Assembly: GCA_963771175.1 (NCBI GenBank)
Contig: CAVYSY010000058.1
Coordinates: forward strand, 1 to 64,000
Source of the DNA: an uncultured delta proteobacterium
Lineage (GTDB): Bacteria > Myxococcota > Myxococcia > Myxococcales > Myxococcaceae
Direction of reading: 5' to 3'
Length of the DNA stretch: 64,000 nucleotides
Shown: in pieces, positions 28,298-41,822 of the stretch
Layout of the letters: each line of letters begins with the position of its first letter
Position numbering within the stretch: position 1 is the first letter of the stretch
Notes under the pieces: generated by a model
Databases searched by the model: none
Seen by the model: the letters and a program-made list of their open reading frames with translations, nothing else
What the model was told of the DNA's origin: nothing
Made by a program: the position numbers and the translations under genes

Positions 28298-29974
28298 TCA
28301 GAGGCCTGGGGGGAGCGCGGCATGTTCCGCCGAGGCGCCCCGCTGCCGCAGCCCGGCCTCCGCGACGTAGGCCCGCTCGAGCGCGAGGGCATTGTCGAGG
28401 CGCGCACTCTCGCCCAGGAGCTGGATGAACTGGACCTCCAGTCCGGCATCGCCCAGGGCACGGGCCCGATTCAGGCCGCGCAGGGCCCGCTCGCGCGCCT
28501 CGGCCGGCTTCTTCTCCGCGAGGGAGACGCGGCTCAACAGCGCCTCCATCTCGGCACAGCGCGAGTCGAGCCGCTGCTGCTCACACCCGGGCAGCGCCGC
28601 CAGCAGCGTGGCCCTGGCCTCGGCGAGCTGTCCCGAGGCGAGCTGTCCCCGAGCACGATGAAGCTCCGCGTTCGCCACGAACCAGGAGTCGCCCACCTCG
28701 CGCGCGGCGGCCTCGTACTCCGGCAGTCGCGTGGGGAGCCAGGTCATCAGGGGCAGCGCGCCCAGGAGCATGTCCTGCTGGCCCGTGGCCTGGAGCTGCC
28801 GGAACCATGCCTCGGCCTCGGACGGAGCGAGCTGCCCCGCGAGCACCTTGGCGAAGGTGGTGGCCAGGGGACCTCGCGTCCGGAAGTCGCGCCGCGCCGT
28901 GTCCTCGACGTACTTCTGGAGCACCCCATTGCCCTGGAGGGCATCCAGCTCGCGTGCCACCGGGAGCAGCGCGCGCACCCGCTCGGCGGTGGGCGCGGAC
29001 CAGGCGGCCAGGTACAGGTACCCGCGCACGAGCGACGGCGCATCGCGCACCGTGCCCTCGGGAAGCGGCGTCCCCTGCTCCACCAGCGCCCTGCCCGCGC
29101 GCCCCGCGGCCTCCCAGCGGCTGCCGCGCTCCCGCACCTGCCGCTCGATGGCGTCGGCCCGCTCCCGGGCCTCCTCGCTCCAGCCGGGCTCACCGAGGGC
29201 CGCCACCTCGCGGAAGCTGTCCGCCGCGAGCGACTCCAGCCCCAGCTCCCGCAGCACGAGGCCCCGGTTCCACAGCGCCTGCGGGTGCTTCGGCGTCTTC
29301 TCCAGCACCCCGTCGAGAATCGAGAGCGCCTGCTCCAGCTCTCCCCTCGAGAAGGCCAGCACCGCGCGATCGCACTCCACGTCCGGCGAGCCGTTCGCCT
29401 GTTGGAAGTAGGAGGCGGCCTGATCGCGGTCGCCGCCCAGCAGCGCGCCGATGGCGAGGCCGTGGAAGTCACCCGCCTCCTCCATGCGCGTCAGCGTCTT
29501 GAGGGGCACGGTCTCGCGGGGGTGCTCGCTGCCGGAGCGCATCACGCCATAGGGGCGATAACCGGCCGCGCCCTCGTAACTGAGCCGGGCCTCCAGCGAG
29601 CGGTTGGGCGCGAGCGCCAGCGCCTCGGAGGACACCGTCCCGGGCATGTCCTTCCCGGGCCCGGACAGCACGGCGAGGGTGAGGACCGCGGCGAGCGAGC
29701 CGCCCAGCGCCACGGCCAGTCCCACGCGGCGCCGGCTCCAGGCCGGGCGGAAGGCGCGCGGAGGCGGAGCGGCGGGCTCCACGGGGCGTATGGGGAGGGC
29801 AGCGCCCTGCTCGGACAGTTGGGAACCGAGCGCCTGGAGTTGGAGGATGTCGTCCAGCTCCGCCTGGCAACGCTCGCAGGTGCCCAGGTGGTCGCGGAAG
29901 GCCTCGGCCTCGGAGGGCTCCAGCTCGCCGTCCGCGAAGGCATGCACGCTGTCATGGATGTCGGTGCCGCTCAT
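28298..29974 (-). CDS. Anti-sigma factor-like protein: zf-HC2, TM helix, TPR-like region
   Basis: FADGEL..FRDHLGTCERC, one TM helix, then PQALWNRGLVLRELGL. Coupled to the ECF sigma. Confidence 0.85.
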   Translation of the reverse strand: MSGTDIHDSVHAFADGELEPSEAEAFRDHLGTCERCQAELDDILQLQALGSQLSEQGAALPIRPVEPAAPPPRAFRPAWSRRRVGLAVALGGSLAAVLTLAVLSGPGKDMPGTVSSEALALAPNRSLEARLSYEGAAGYRPYGVMRSGSEHPRETVPLKTLTRMEEAGDFHGLAIGALLGGDRDQAASYFQQANGSPDVECDRAVLAFSRGELEQALSILDGVLEKTPKHPQALWNRGLVLRELGLESLAADSFREVAALGEPGWSEEARERADAIERQVRERGSRWEAAGRAGRALVEQGTPLPEGTVRDAPSLVRGYLYLAAWSAPTAERVRALLPVARELDALQGNGVLQKYVEDTARRDFRTRGPLATTFAKVLAGQLAPSEAEAWFRQLQATGQQDMLLGALPLMTWLPTRLPEYEAAAREVGDSWFVANAELHRARGQLASGQLAEARATLLAALPGCEQQRLDSRCAEMEALLSRVSLAEKKPAEARERALRGLNRARALGDAGLEVQFIQLLGESARLDNALALERAYVAEAGLRQRGASAEHAALPPGL

Positions 29975-30597
29975 GCTTCGGCCTCCTGCTGGGTGGGCAT
30001 CAGCAGCTCACGCAGCTTGCGGCGGGCCCGGATGAGGCGAGTCCCCACGGTGGCCTTGGGGATGCCGAGCCGCTCGGCGATCTCGTTGTAGGAGCGGCCC
30101 TCGATGGCGTGGAGCTGGTACACCACGCGGAACTCCTCGGGGATGCGCGCCAGCGCGGTCCGGAGTTGCTCGGGACCGATGGCGGCCCAGGCCGGGGCGT
30201 CATCCTCCACGGGGGCGGCGACACGCTCCTGCACGTCCTCGACGGTGACGTCGGCGCGGCGCTCGCGGGTCCGGGAGCGGCAGCGGTCGATGAAGAGGTG
30301 GTGGAGGATGGTGAAGAGCCACGCCTGGGCGTTGGTCCCCTCGCGAAACCGGTCCAGCTTGAGCAGCGCGCGCTCGAAGGTGTCCTGCACCAGGTCGCGA
30401 GCATCGGTGGGGTTGCCGCACAGGTGCAGCGCCTTGGCCTGCAGGACGGCCTCGTATTGCCGCACGAAAGCGGCGAACGCCTGGCTGTCGGGGGTGGAGG
30501 CAGAGGCCACGCGGGCAGCCTGGACCGACCCGTCCCAGCCCGTCAAGGCAAGCGGCGGGGGAGGCGCGGCGCGGCGCGGGAGGGCGAGGGCATTCAT
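29971..30597 (-). CDS. ECF sigma-70 factor
   Basis: Motifs DARDLVQDTFERA, AWLFTILHHLFIDRCR, SYNEIAERLGIPKATVGTRLIRAR. Confidence 0.93.
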   Translation of the reverse strand: MNALALPRRAAPPPPLALTGWDGSVQAARVASASTPDSQAFAAFVRQYEAVLQAKALHLCGNPTDARDLVQDTFERALLKLDRFREGTNAQAWLFTILHHLFIDRCRSRTRERRADVTVEDVQERVAAPVEDDAPAWAAIGPEQLRTALARIPEEFRVVYQLHAIEGRSYNEIAERLGIPKATVGTRLIRARRKLRELLMPTQQEAEA

Positions 30598-30689
30598 TCT
30601 GAGTGAGAAACGGCAGGGCCGGTGGATCTTCCCGGCGGGAAACCACCGCCTCCATGCCGATGACCGAGAAGCGCTAGACTCCCGCGGCG

Positions 30690-31856
30690 ATGATGCCGCA
30701 GAGCCCCACCGCCGCGCTGACTCCGCCCTCCGACACCCCAGCGGGCCCCCTCTCCTTCCGGGGGCTCTGGCTCTTCTCGCCCCGGATGGATGGCCTGCTG
30801 CTCCTGGTGCCGCTGGCCCTCACGGTGCTGGCCTGGGCGCTGAGCACCGTGTTCGCCGAGCCCGTGTCCGGGAACGTCAACCGGATGGCCATCTGGACGG
30901 CCCAGTACATCCTGGGCAACGGCACCCACGTGGTGCTCACCTTCCTACTCTTCGCGGTGCACCGGGACGTGCTCACCGCCGAGCCGCGCCAGCCGCGCCT
31001 CGTGCTGCTCGGGAGCCTCGGCATGTTGGCGGTGGGAGGGCTGCTGCTCTCCCTCTATTACGTGGACGCCAAGGGCCATGCCTACGTGGTGGCCGTCCTC
31101 TTCAACGTCTTCGGGCTGCACCACACCTTCTCGCAGAACAGGGGCTTCTGGTCGCTGCACATGCTGCGCGGACACCAGGCGGGACTCTCCGCGCCCGCCC
31201 CGCTCGAGCGGCGGCTGCAGCAGCTGTTCGTCCCGCTGATGCTCACGCTGGTGCTGGTGCGCTTCTTCTTCGTCGCGGAGACTCCTCGCCCCGGCGACAC
31301 GCCCTACCTGGACATCCGCCAGGGGACTCCCCTGCCCCATGGCGCGCTGGCGGTGCTGCTGCTGGTGTGGCTCGGCTACTTCCTGCTGCTGTTCCGCACC
31401 GTGCTGCGCTCCGGGACGGCCAGCGGCCCCAAGGTGCTCTACCTCTTCACCGTGGCCCTGGGCACCGGACTCACCCTGGTGACCCCCGCCTGGGGCAACG
31501 TGATGCTGCCCGCCCTGCACGGCCTCGAGTACTACCTGCTCACCGCCCGGATGATGGAGCCGCGCGAGGGGGACGCTCCGTCCCGCGTGGGGCGCGCGTG
31601 GATCTGGCCGGTGATGGTGCTGTCCATGCTGCCGCTGGTGACGCTCGGCGTGGTGCACCTGCTCATCTCCGGGCCCGCCCAGGGCATGGTGAGCGCCGCG
31701 GCCGCGGACCTGAAGTCCCATGTGGTGCTGCGCGTGCTCACCACGGTGAGCTTCTCCGTGGTGCTCGCCCACTACTTCGCCGACGCCCTCATCTACCGCT
31801 TCCGCATCCCGAGCATCCGCCGCGTCATGCTGCGCCGGCTGGGCTTCGGGAGCTGA
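30690..31856 (+). CDS. Polytopic membrane protein with several His-containing motifs
   Basis: About 10 hydrophobic segments with NGTHVV, GLHHT, LHGLEY and AHYFAD. Confidence 0.75.
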   Translation: MMPQSPTAALTPPSDTPAGPLSFRGLWLFSPRMDGLLLLVPLALTVLAWALSTVFAEPVSGNVNRMAIWTAQYILGNGTHVVLTFLLFAVHRDVLTAEPRQPRLVLLGSLGMLAVGGLLLSLYYVDAKGHAYVVAVLFNVFGLHHTFSQNRGFWSLHMLRGHQAGLSAPAPLERRLQQLFVPLMLTLVLVRFFFVAETPRPGDTPYLDIRQGTPLPHGALAVLLLVWLGYFLLLFRTVLRSGTASGPKVLYLFTVALGTGLTLVTPAWGNVMLPALHGLEYYLLTARMMEPREGDAPSRVGRAWIWPVMVLSMLPLVTLGVVHLLISGPAQGMVSAAAADLKSHVVLRVLTTVSFSVVLAHYFADALIYRFRIPSIRRVMLRRLGFGS

Positions 31857-31871
31857 AGCCCGCAAAGACGA

Positions 31872-31897
31872 AGGGCGGCCCCTCTCGGGACCGCCCT
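31872..31897. terminator. Hairpin between convergent genes
   Basis: Imperfect stem agggcggccc / gggaccgccct. Confidence 0.5.
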
Positions 31898-31924
31898 CGG
31901 GCGCGACCGGGGTCGCGATGCGGA

Positions 31925-32188
31925 CTACTCCTCCGCGTTGTTCTGACCGAAGGTCTTCAGGTCCTTCGCCTTCAGGTTGTCGTTCGCCGTCTTGGCGCCG
32001 CTGGTCACGGAGGTCTCACCGGCGAGCGCGTCGGCCGAGGCGCCGAACAGGCGGCGGATGTTGTTGCCGAACAGGGTGATGACGCCGATCGCCGCGATGG
32101 CGATCAGGGCCACGATGATGATGTACTCGGTCATACCCTGACCACGGCGCTGCTTGCGGAGCTGCTTCTTCAGGTTCTTGGCGGTCAT
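31925..32188 (-). CDS. Flp/type IVb-like pilin
   Basis: Basic leader KQRRG followed by QGMTEYIIIVALIAIAAIGVITLFG (cleavage Gly, E+5 followed by Y). AGGAG RBS. Confidence 0.85.
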   Translation of the reverse strand: MTAKNLKKQLRKQRRGQGMTEYIIIVALIAIAAIGVITLFGNNIRRLFGASADALAGETSVTSGAKTANDNLKAKDLKTFGQNNAEE

Positions 32189-32491
32189 GGACATCTCCTG
32201 GGTGAGCGGGTGGAGGGGGTGCCCACCACCGACGATGTGCAAACTACCTGTCTCCCCGCCCGCCCTCCATCCGTCATCGGGAGGATGATCGTACTTCCCT
32301 CGAATTTCGAGGACTTGCGCGCTGGCGGGCTTCCAAACCCGGAAAACCCGACTGTTACCTGGCGGACAGACGGGCGTCAGCCAGGGCCGCGATCAGGGGG
32401 GAAGGGCGCCAAGTGTCGGATTCTCCAGGGGAACCACCTCGCATGTCGGGGGACAGGCGGGGTGCTGTCTCGTTATGTTTCGCACCTGCCC

Positions 32492-33471
32492 ATGAACCTC
32501 CACCTGCTCCAAGCCGTCCAGATTTCATGGTCTCCCAGCCTGCGAGTGACTCGGGTGGAGGGAGACTGTGAGACCGTGCTGCACCGTCCGGCGTCGGAGT
32601 TGAAGGACCGGCCCCTCCATGTGGTGCTGGGGACCAGTGCCGAGCGCGCGCGCGAGCTGGACGCCCTGGCCCGGAGCGAGGGCCAGAAGAAGGTGGAGTT
32701 CTTCTATGGAGCGATCGGCTCGGGGGACCCGGTGCCGCTGCGGCTGGCGCTCGGCCTGGACGAGGGCGAGGCCACCGCCGCGGTGGTGGACCTGCGCACC
32801 CTCCTGGAGGGGGCGCCGCCGGTGCAGCTCTCCGGACTCGCCTCGCAGCTCAGCCACGAGCTGCGCAACCCGCTCAGCTCCGTGAAGATGGCGGTGCAGA
32901 CGCTGGCCCGGAACACGGGCCTGTCCGAGCGGGATCAGCGCCGGCTGACCATCGCCAACCGGGAGATCCGCACCCTGGAGCGGATGCTCTGGCTGCTGTC
33001 CGAGTACGGCCGGGGCACCTCGCCCGTGCTGGAGCAGCACCCGCCGCGCACGCTGGTGCAGGAGGCCATGGCCATGGTGGCGCCGGAGCTGGCCGAGCGC
33101 CGCGTGGAGGTGCGCGTGGACGAGGCGCCGGACGTGCCCCGGGTGAAGGTGGACGCGGGGCGGCTGCGGCCGGTGCTCGCCCAGCTGCTGCTCAACGTGG
33201 CCATGGGGCTGACCGAGGGCGGCAACGTGGAGGTGTCCATCCGCGCGGATCCCGCAGGGCCGGGTGCAGCTCGTGCTGAAGGATCCGTCCGGTCGAGCTG
33301 ACCGAGGAGGAGCGTGCCACGCTCTTCGAACCCTTCGAGTGCCGCCTGGCACGCGGGGCGGGGCTGTCCCTGGCGGCCCTGCGCCGCGTGCTGCTCCACC
33401 AGGGCGGAGACGTCTCCATCGAGTCCGGACCCGAGACCGGAATGGTGTTCACGCTCACGTTTGCCGCCTGA
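32492..33471 (+). CDS. mrpA: Histidine kinase MrpA; frameshift near 33260
   Basis: H-box SHELRNPLSS, and position directly upstream of a sigma54 activator and mrpC. Confidence 0.8.
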
Positions 33472-33480
33472 CGACGACCC

Positions 33481-34969
<1,489 letters not shown>

Positions 34970-34973
<4 letters not shown>

Positions 34974-34986
34974 ACGAATCGTTCAA
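34970..34986. promoter_or_regulatory. Palindromic candidate regulator site upstream of the mrpC promoter
   Basis: ttgaacga-a-tcgttcaa (8-1-8), about 125 bp upstream of the -24 element. Confidence 0.5.
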
Positions 34987-35110
34987 CTTGATCAGACTGT
35001 TTGAACGTTCTGTTTCAGGTTTCGGACATTCGGAAGGAGAGAAAGGGAGCCTGTAGCGCCAAGTAGCCGTCATTCCAGGGTTTTTCGCGTCTTGGGAAAA
35101 GCGTTCGGGT

Positions 35111-35125
35111 TGGCACAAAGCTTGG
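35111..35125 (+). promoter_or_regulatory. Sigma54 -24/-12 promoter of mrpC
   Basis: TGGCAC-N5-TTGG upstream of mrpC and downstream of a sigma54 activator gene. Confidence 0.7.
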
Positions 35126-35187
35126 AAAGGGACTGTTCGTCCGCAGCCCAGGAAGTCACCTTTCAACCGCCTGCAGGAGTGCCCGCC

Positions 35188-35934
35188 ATGCACGGTTTCA
35201 ATCGTCCCCTCGGTCCCATCGGCTCCAACGTCGTTGCCCCCATCCAGACCACGTCCTCCGGAATGCTGGTCACGGCGAACAAGCTGGTCCCCGGCCAGGA
35301 AGCGATCGACTTCAAGGGCTACTTCAAGGTCGAGTCCTTCCCGCACAACTCGGTCATCTACCGCCCGGGCGACACGACGGACCGCGTGTACCTGCTCAAG
35401 ACGGGCCGCGTGCGCCTGATGCGGCTGGGCAAGAACAGCTCGCGCTCGGTGGTGAGCATCCTCCGCCCGGGCGACCTCTTCGGTGAGCTCTTCCGCCCCG
35501 AGGGCACGCCCGTCGAGGAGATGGCCATCGCCTCCGGTGAGGCCGAGGTGTGGAGCATCGAGGGCCGCGACTTCCGCGCGCAGCTCGAGGCCCGTCCGGC
35601 CCTGGCGGTGGACGTGGTCCGCGCCTACGCCGAGCGCGTGCGCGCCCTGCGCAAGCGCGTGCTGGGCCTGACCTTCAAGGAAGTGCCGGCCCGTCTGGCC
35701 GACACCCTCCTCACCCTGGCCGAGGCCCACGGCGAGCGCTGCCCGCACGGCGGCGAGACCGACCTGCGCGGGATCACGCAGCAGGACCTGGCGGACCTGG
35801 TGGGCGCCTCCCGCTCGTTCGTGTCCACGCTCATCAACGAGATGAAGCGCGACGGCGTGCTGGGCAACGTGGGCCGCATCCTCTGCATCCGCGACCAGAA
35901 GGCCCTGCGCAAGCTCGCCTCGAAGGAGAAGTGA
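35188..35934 (+). CDS. mrpC: CRP/Fnr family developmental regulator MrpC (248 aa)
   Basis: MHGFNRPLGPIGSNVV N-terminus, cNMP-like domain, HTH ITQQDLADLVGASRSFVSTL. Confidence 0.95.
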   Translation: MHGFNRPLGPIGSNVVAPIQTTSSGMLVTANKLVPGQEAIDFKGYFKVESFPHNSVIYRPGDTTDRVYLLKTGRVRLMRLGKNSSRSVVSILRPGDLFGELFRPEGTPVEEMAIASGEAEVWSIEGRDFRAQLEARPALAVDVVRAYAERVRALRKRVLGLTFKEVPARLADTLLTLAEAHGERCPHGGETDLRGITQQDLADLVGASRSFVSTLINEMKRDGVLGNVGRILCIRDQKALRKLASKEK

Positions 35935-36099
35935 GCGCCTCCACGCCGTGACGCCAGGCAGTCCCCGGCCTCTCCCCCCTGGGTGAAGAGGCCTCGAGAG
36001 CCCCGGTTGCCGCCCCTCCCCTGGGACTGGCGCCGGGGTTCAGCATTTCGAGCAGCGCGTGCGTCTCCGGGCTTGCCCTGTCCGCCCGGCCGACCCAGC

Positions 36100-37957
36100 A
36101 TGCGCGCGCCAGTGACTACTCCGCGCCCCGAGTCCTCCTCTCCGCACTCCACGTACACCGAGCGCCGCGCCGCCGCCGAGGCGGAGCTGAAGCGGCTGGA
36201 TTCCGTCAGTGCCCGCTACGCCAACCTGAGAGCCCTCGTGTTCATCGCGGGCGCCGGGGTGGCGGGCATGGTGCTGTTCAACCGGCTGCCGAAGACGTGG
36301 TGGTGGGCGGCCGGGGCGGCGCTGGGGGTGTACGGGGTGCTCGCGGTGCTGCACCACCAGGTGTTCCTGCGCGAGGCGCGGCAGCGGCTGTACGTCTCGC
36401 TCAACGAGCGGGGCCTGGCGCGGCTGACGCGGAGTTGGCACGACTTCGCCGAGCGGGGGGAGCGCTTCCTCACGGGCTCGCACCTGTACGCGGCGGACCT
36501 GGACGTCTTCGGACAGGGCAGCGTCTTCCAGCTCATGAACGAGACGGCGACGCGGGCAGGCGAGGAGCGGCTCGCGGCGTGGCTGTCCTGGCCGGCGCGG
36601 GCGGAGGAGGTGGCGGCGAGGCAAGGCGCGGCGCGCGAGCTGGCGCCCCGCGTGGGCTTCCGTCAGGACATGTGTGTGGAGGCGCGCACGGTGTCCAAGG
36701 AGAAGGCGGACCCGGGCCTCTTCATCCAGTGGGCGGAGAGCGGGCCCTCGCTCGCCGCCATCCGGTGGGCGCGGCCGGTGGCGGTGGTGCTGCCGCTGGT
36801 GACGCTGACGCTCTTCGTGCTGGGCAGCTTCGAGGTGGTGCCGCAGCGGCTGTGGTACGCGGGGCTGCTGGCGCAGCTCGCGGTGGTGTGGGCGACGCGG
36901 CTCCCGCTGCGGCAGATGGAGGAGCGGATGAGCGCGGGCGAGCGTGGCTTCGTGCGCTACGCGCCCGTCTTCGAGCGGGTGGAGGGGGAACGCTTCGAGC
37001 ACCCGGAGCTGCGGCGGCTCCAGTCGGGCCTGCAGCAAGAGGGCGAACCGCCAGTGTCGTCACACCTGAAGCGCTTCAGCCGGCTGTACTCGTTCGTGGA
37101 GTTCAAGCGGCATCAGTTCCACCCGGTGGTGCACCTGTTCACGCTGTGGGACATCCACGCGCTGTTCGCGCTGGAGCGGTGGCGGGAGAAGCATGGGGCG
37201 CGGGTGCGCGGCTGGTTCGAGGCGCTGGCGCGAGCTGGAGGCGCTCTCGTGCGTGGCGGGGCTGGCGTTCGACCGGCCGAGCTTCCTCTGGCCCACGGTG
37301 GAGGGGAGCGGGCCGAGGGTGAAGGCCGAGGGCGTGGGACACCCGCTGCTGGACGCGCCGGTGCTCAACGACGTGGAGCTGCCGGGGCCGGGCTGCGCGC
37401 TGCTGCTCACGGGCTCCAACATGTCGGGGAAGACGACGCTGCTGCGCGCGCTGGGGCTGAACGCGGTGCTGGCACTCGCGGGCGCGCCGGTGTGCGCGCG
37501 GGCCTTCTCGCTGACCCCGCTGCAGGTGCTGACGAGCATGCGGGTGAAGGACTCGCTGGAGCGGGGCGTCTCGTACTTCTACGCGGAGGTGCAGCGCATC
37601 AAGGCCGTGCTGGACGCGGCGGCGGCGGCGAAGGGCCAGGCGATGTTCCTGCTGGACGAAATCCTCCTCGGGACGAACACGCGGGAGCGGCAGATCGCCT
37701 CGCGCGAGGTGCTGCGGCTGCTGCTGACCACGGGGGCGATCGGCGGGGTGACGACGCACGACCTCTCCCTGGCGAACCTCGCGGACGAGTACGGCGGGAA
37801 GGTGGTGAACATGCACTTCCGCGATCACCTGGAGGACGGAAAGATGGTGTTCGACTACCGGCTGCGCCCGGGAGTGGTGGACACCACCAACGCGCTGCGG
37901 GTGCTGCGAATGGCGGGAGTCCCGGTGGAGGACTCGGAGAAGCCCCTCGCCCAATAA
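36100..37957 (+). CDS. Membrane-anchored MutS-related ATPase (domain V); frameshift near 37230, start uncertain
   Basis: TM helices, YAADLDVFG, TGSNMSGKTT, DSLERGVSYFYAE, LLDEILLGTN, TTHD. Confidence 0.88.
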
Positions 37958-38049
37958 CCCAGGGCGACCGCAGCCCCGCCCAGGAACACGACGGCCCTCC
38001 CTGGAATGCCAGGAAGGGCCGCGTGAGGTGCGAAGCTGGGGGGCGGTGA

Positions 38050-39224
<1,175 letters not shown>

Positions 39225-39310
39225 CTGTCTGTCTCCTCGCCCGGGGAGCGACCCGGGCTTCAAAATCTCGAATCACTGGATGACTTGGGAACTCGCCTAA
39301 CGCCGTCGCC

Positions 39311-41706
39311 TCAGTTGCGCAGCGGCTTGCCCTTCTCGAGCATGAACATCATGCGGTCCTGGGTCTTCTCCTCGCCGATCAGGCACAGGAAGGCCTCCAG
39401 CTCCAGCTCCAGCAGCCGCTCCTCGGTGAGCAGCACGGAGGGGCTGGTGTCGCCGCCGGTGAGCACCCGCGCGAGCTTCTGGCCGATCTTCCGGTCGTGC
39501 GCGGAGACCTGCTCGTTGAGCTCCATGTCGTAGAGCATCATGTCGATGGTGGCGGAGCCGCTGGGCCCGGGCAGGCGGAAGCGCGTGGGGCGCGGAGGCC
39601 GGAAGCCCGCGCGGGCCATGCCCAGCACGCGCTCCTTGGCGTCCGAGAGCAGGAAGTCGCGGTTGGCGCTGATGCCGTCCTGCGCCGACAGGAAGCCCAG
39701 CTCGCGCGCCTCCTCGGCGCTGGTGGCCACCTTCGCGGTGCCGATGGTCAGGAACACCTTCTTGAGGAAGGGGAACGCGTCGAAGTCCTTGTCCGCCGCG
39801 TAGGCGCCGTACACGTTGCGCAGCAGCTGCATGGAGCCGCCGCCGCCGGGGATGAGGCCCACGCCCACCTCGACCAGGCCCATGTACAGCTCGGCCGAGG
39901 CCTGGATGGCGTTGCCGCCCATGGCCATCTCGGCGCCGCCGCCGAGGGTCAGGTTGAAGGGCGCCGTCACCACCGGCACCGGGCTGTAGCGCATGCGCTG
40001 GTTGGCCGCCTGGAAGGCCGACGCCATCTTGCGGATGGCCTCGAAGTCGCTCGCTCTTGGTCGCCATCAGCATGGCCATGATGTTGGCGCCGGCGGAGAA
40101 GTTCGACCCGTCGTTGCCGATGACGAGCGCCGTGGAAGTTCTTCTCCGTCTCGTCCAGCGCCGTGTTCATCATCGCGATGATGCCATCGTCGATGGAGTT
40201 CATCTTCGAGTGGAACTCGAGCAGCGTCGCGCCGTCGCCCATGTCCCACAGCGTGGCGCTGTCGTTGCCGGTGATCTTCTTGTTGCCGCGCTGCAGGTAC
40301 TCCACGCGCAGGGTGCGCGCGTTCTCCGGCACCACCTTCTCGGACTTGCTGGGGATGTCCCAGTAGGTGTCGCTGCCCGCCGGCCACGCCGTAGAAGGAC
40401 GTGCGGCCCGCGGCGAGCATCTGCTCCACCCAGGCGGCGGGCTTGAGGCCCAGCTCCTTCATGCGCTCCAGGCCCTTCTTCACGCCGTAGGCATCCCAGG
40501 TCTCGAAGGGGCCGAGGTCCCAGCCGAAGCCCCAGCGCATGGCGCGGTCGACGTTGACCACGTCGTCGGCGATCTCCGGAATGCGGCGGCTGGCGTAGGC
40601 GAGCACGTCGAGCGTAATCCGCTCGGCGAACTTCGCGGCCTTGTCCTGGCCGCTCATCACGCGTGGCCACGCGCTCGCGCACGTTCTCGACGTCCTTGGC
40701 GGCGCCCAGCGACTCGTAGCGCACCTTCTCCTGCGGCCGGTACTCGAGCGTCTTCAGGTCGAGCGCGAGGATGTCCTTGCCGCCGCTCGCTCCTGTCCTT
40801 CTTGTAGAAGCCGCCGCCGCTCTTGTCGCCGAGCATGCCCTTCTCGACCATCTTCTGAGGAAGTCGGGGGCGGCGAAGACCTCGCGCTCCTCGTCCTGGG
40901 TGAGCGTGTCGTAGCAGTTCTTCGCCACGTGGATGAAGGTGTCCAGGCCCACGATGTCCGCGGTGCGGAACACGGCGGACTTGGGGCGGCCCATGGCGGG
41001 GCCGAAGATCTTGTCCACCTCCTCGATGGACAGCTCGGCCTTCTGCATCTCCGCGATGGTCCGCATCATCCCGTAGATGCCGACGCGGTTGGCGATGAAG
41101 TTGGTGGTGTCCTTGCCGTAGACGATGCCCTTGCCGAGCACCTCCTCGCCGAAGCGGTGGACGCGCTTGCACCACCTCGGGGTCCGTCTCCGTGCCCGCC
41201 ACGAGCTCCAGCAGCTTCATGTAGCGCACGGGGTTGAAGAAGTGCGTGACGAGGAAGTTCTTGCGGAAGTCGGCGCCGCGGCCCTCGAGCATGCCCTCGA
41301 TGGACAGGCCCGAGGTGTTGGAGCTGATGATGGTGCCCGGCGCGCGGTGCTGCTCGACCTTGGCGAAGATGGCCTGCTTGACGGCCAGGTCCTCCTTCAC
41401 CACCTCGATGACCCAGTCGCACTCGGCGAGGCGGGCCAGGTCGTCCTCGAAGTTGCCGACCTCGATGAAGGGGAGCGCCTGCTCGGACACGATGGGGCTG
41501 GGCTTCTGCTTGCGCAGGTTGGCCAGCGCCCCGAGCGCGAACTTGTTGCGGAAGGACTTGGAGGCGGTGTCCTCACCGGGTGCCGCCTTGGGCGGCACGA
41601 TGTCCAGCAGGAGCGCGCGCACGCCGGCGTTGGCCAGGTGCGCGGCGATGCCGCTGCCCATCACGCCCGCGCCCAGCACTGCCACTTTGCGGATCCGCGT
41701 CGTCAT
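39311..41706 (-). CDS. 3-hydroxyacyl-CoA dehydrogenase/enoyl-CoA hydratase (FadN-like); multiple frameshifts
   Basis: Motifs [47 protein letters not shown]. Confidence 0.93.
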
Positions 41707-41822
41707 CGAAAGAGGCTCCCTACGTGAAAAGGATGGCGGGAGACATTGCGCCGGTTGATTCAAAAGTCAACCGGCTCTTGGGCCCCCCATGTCTCCCGGT
41801 GGAGGGTAAGGTGCGTGCCCCC

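Noticed and set aside
30104..33301. 1065-aa ORF
   Set aside because: A GC-rich read-through across other genes. Only the part from 32492 (mrpA) is supported.
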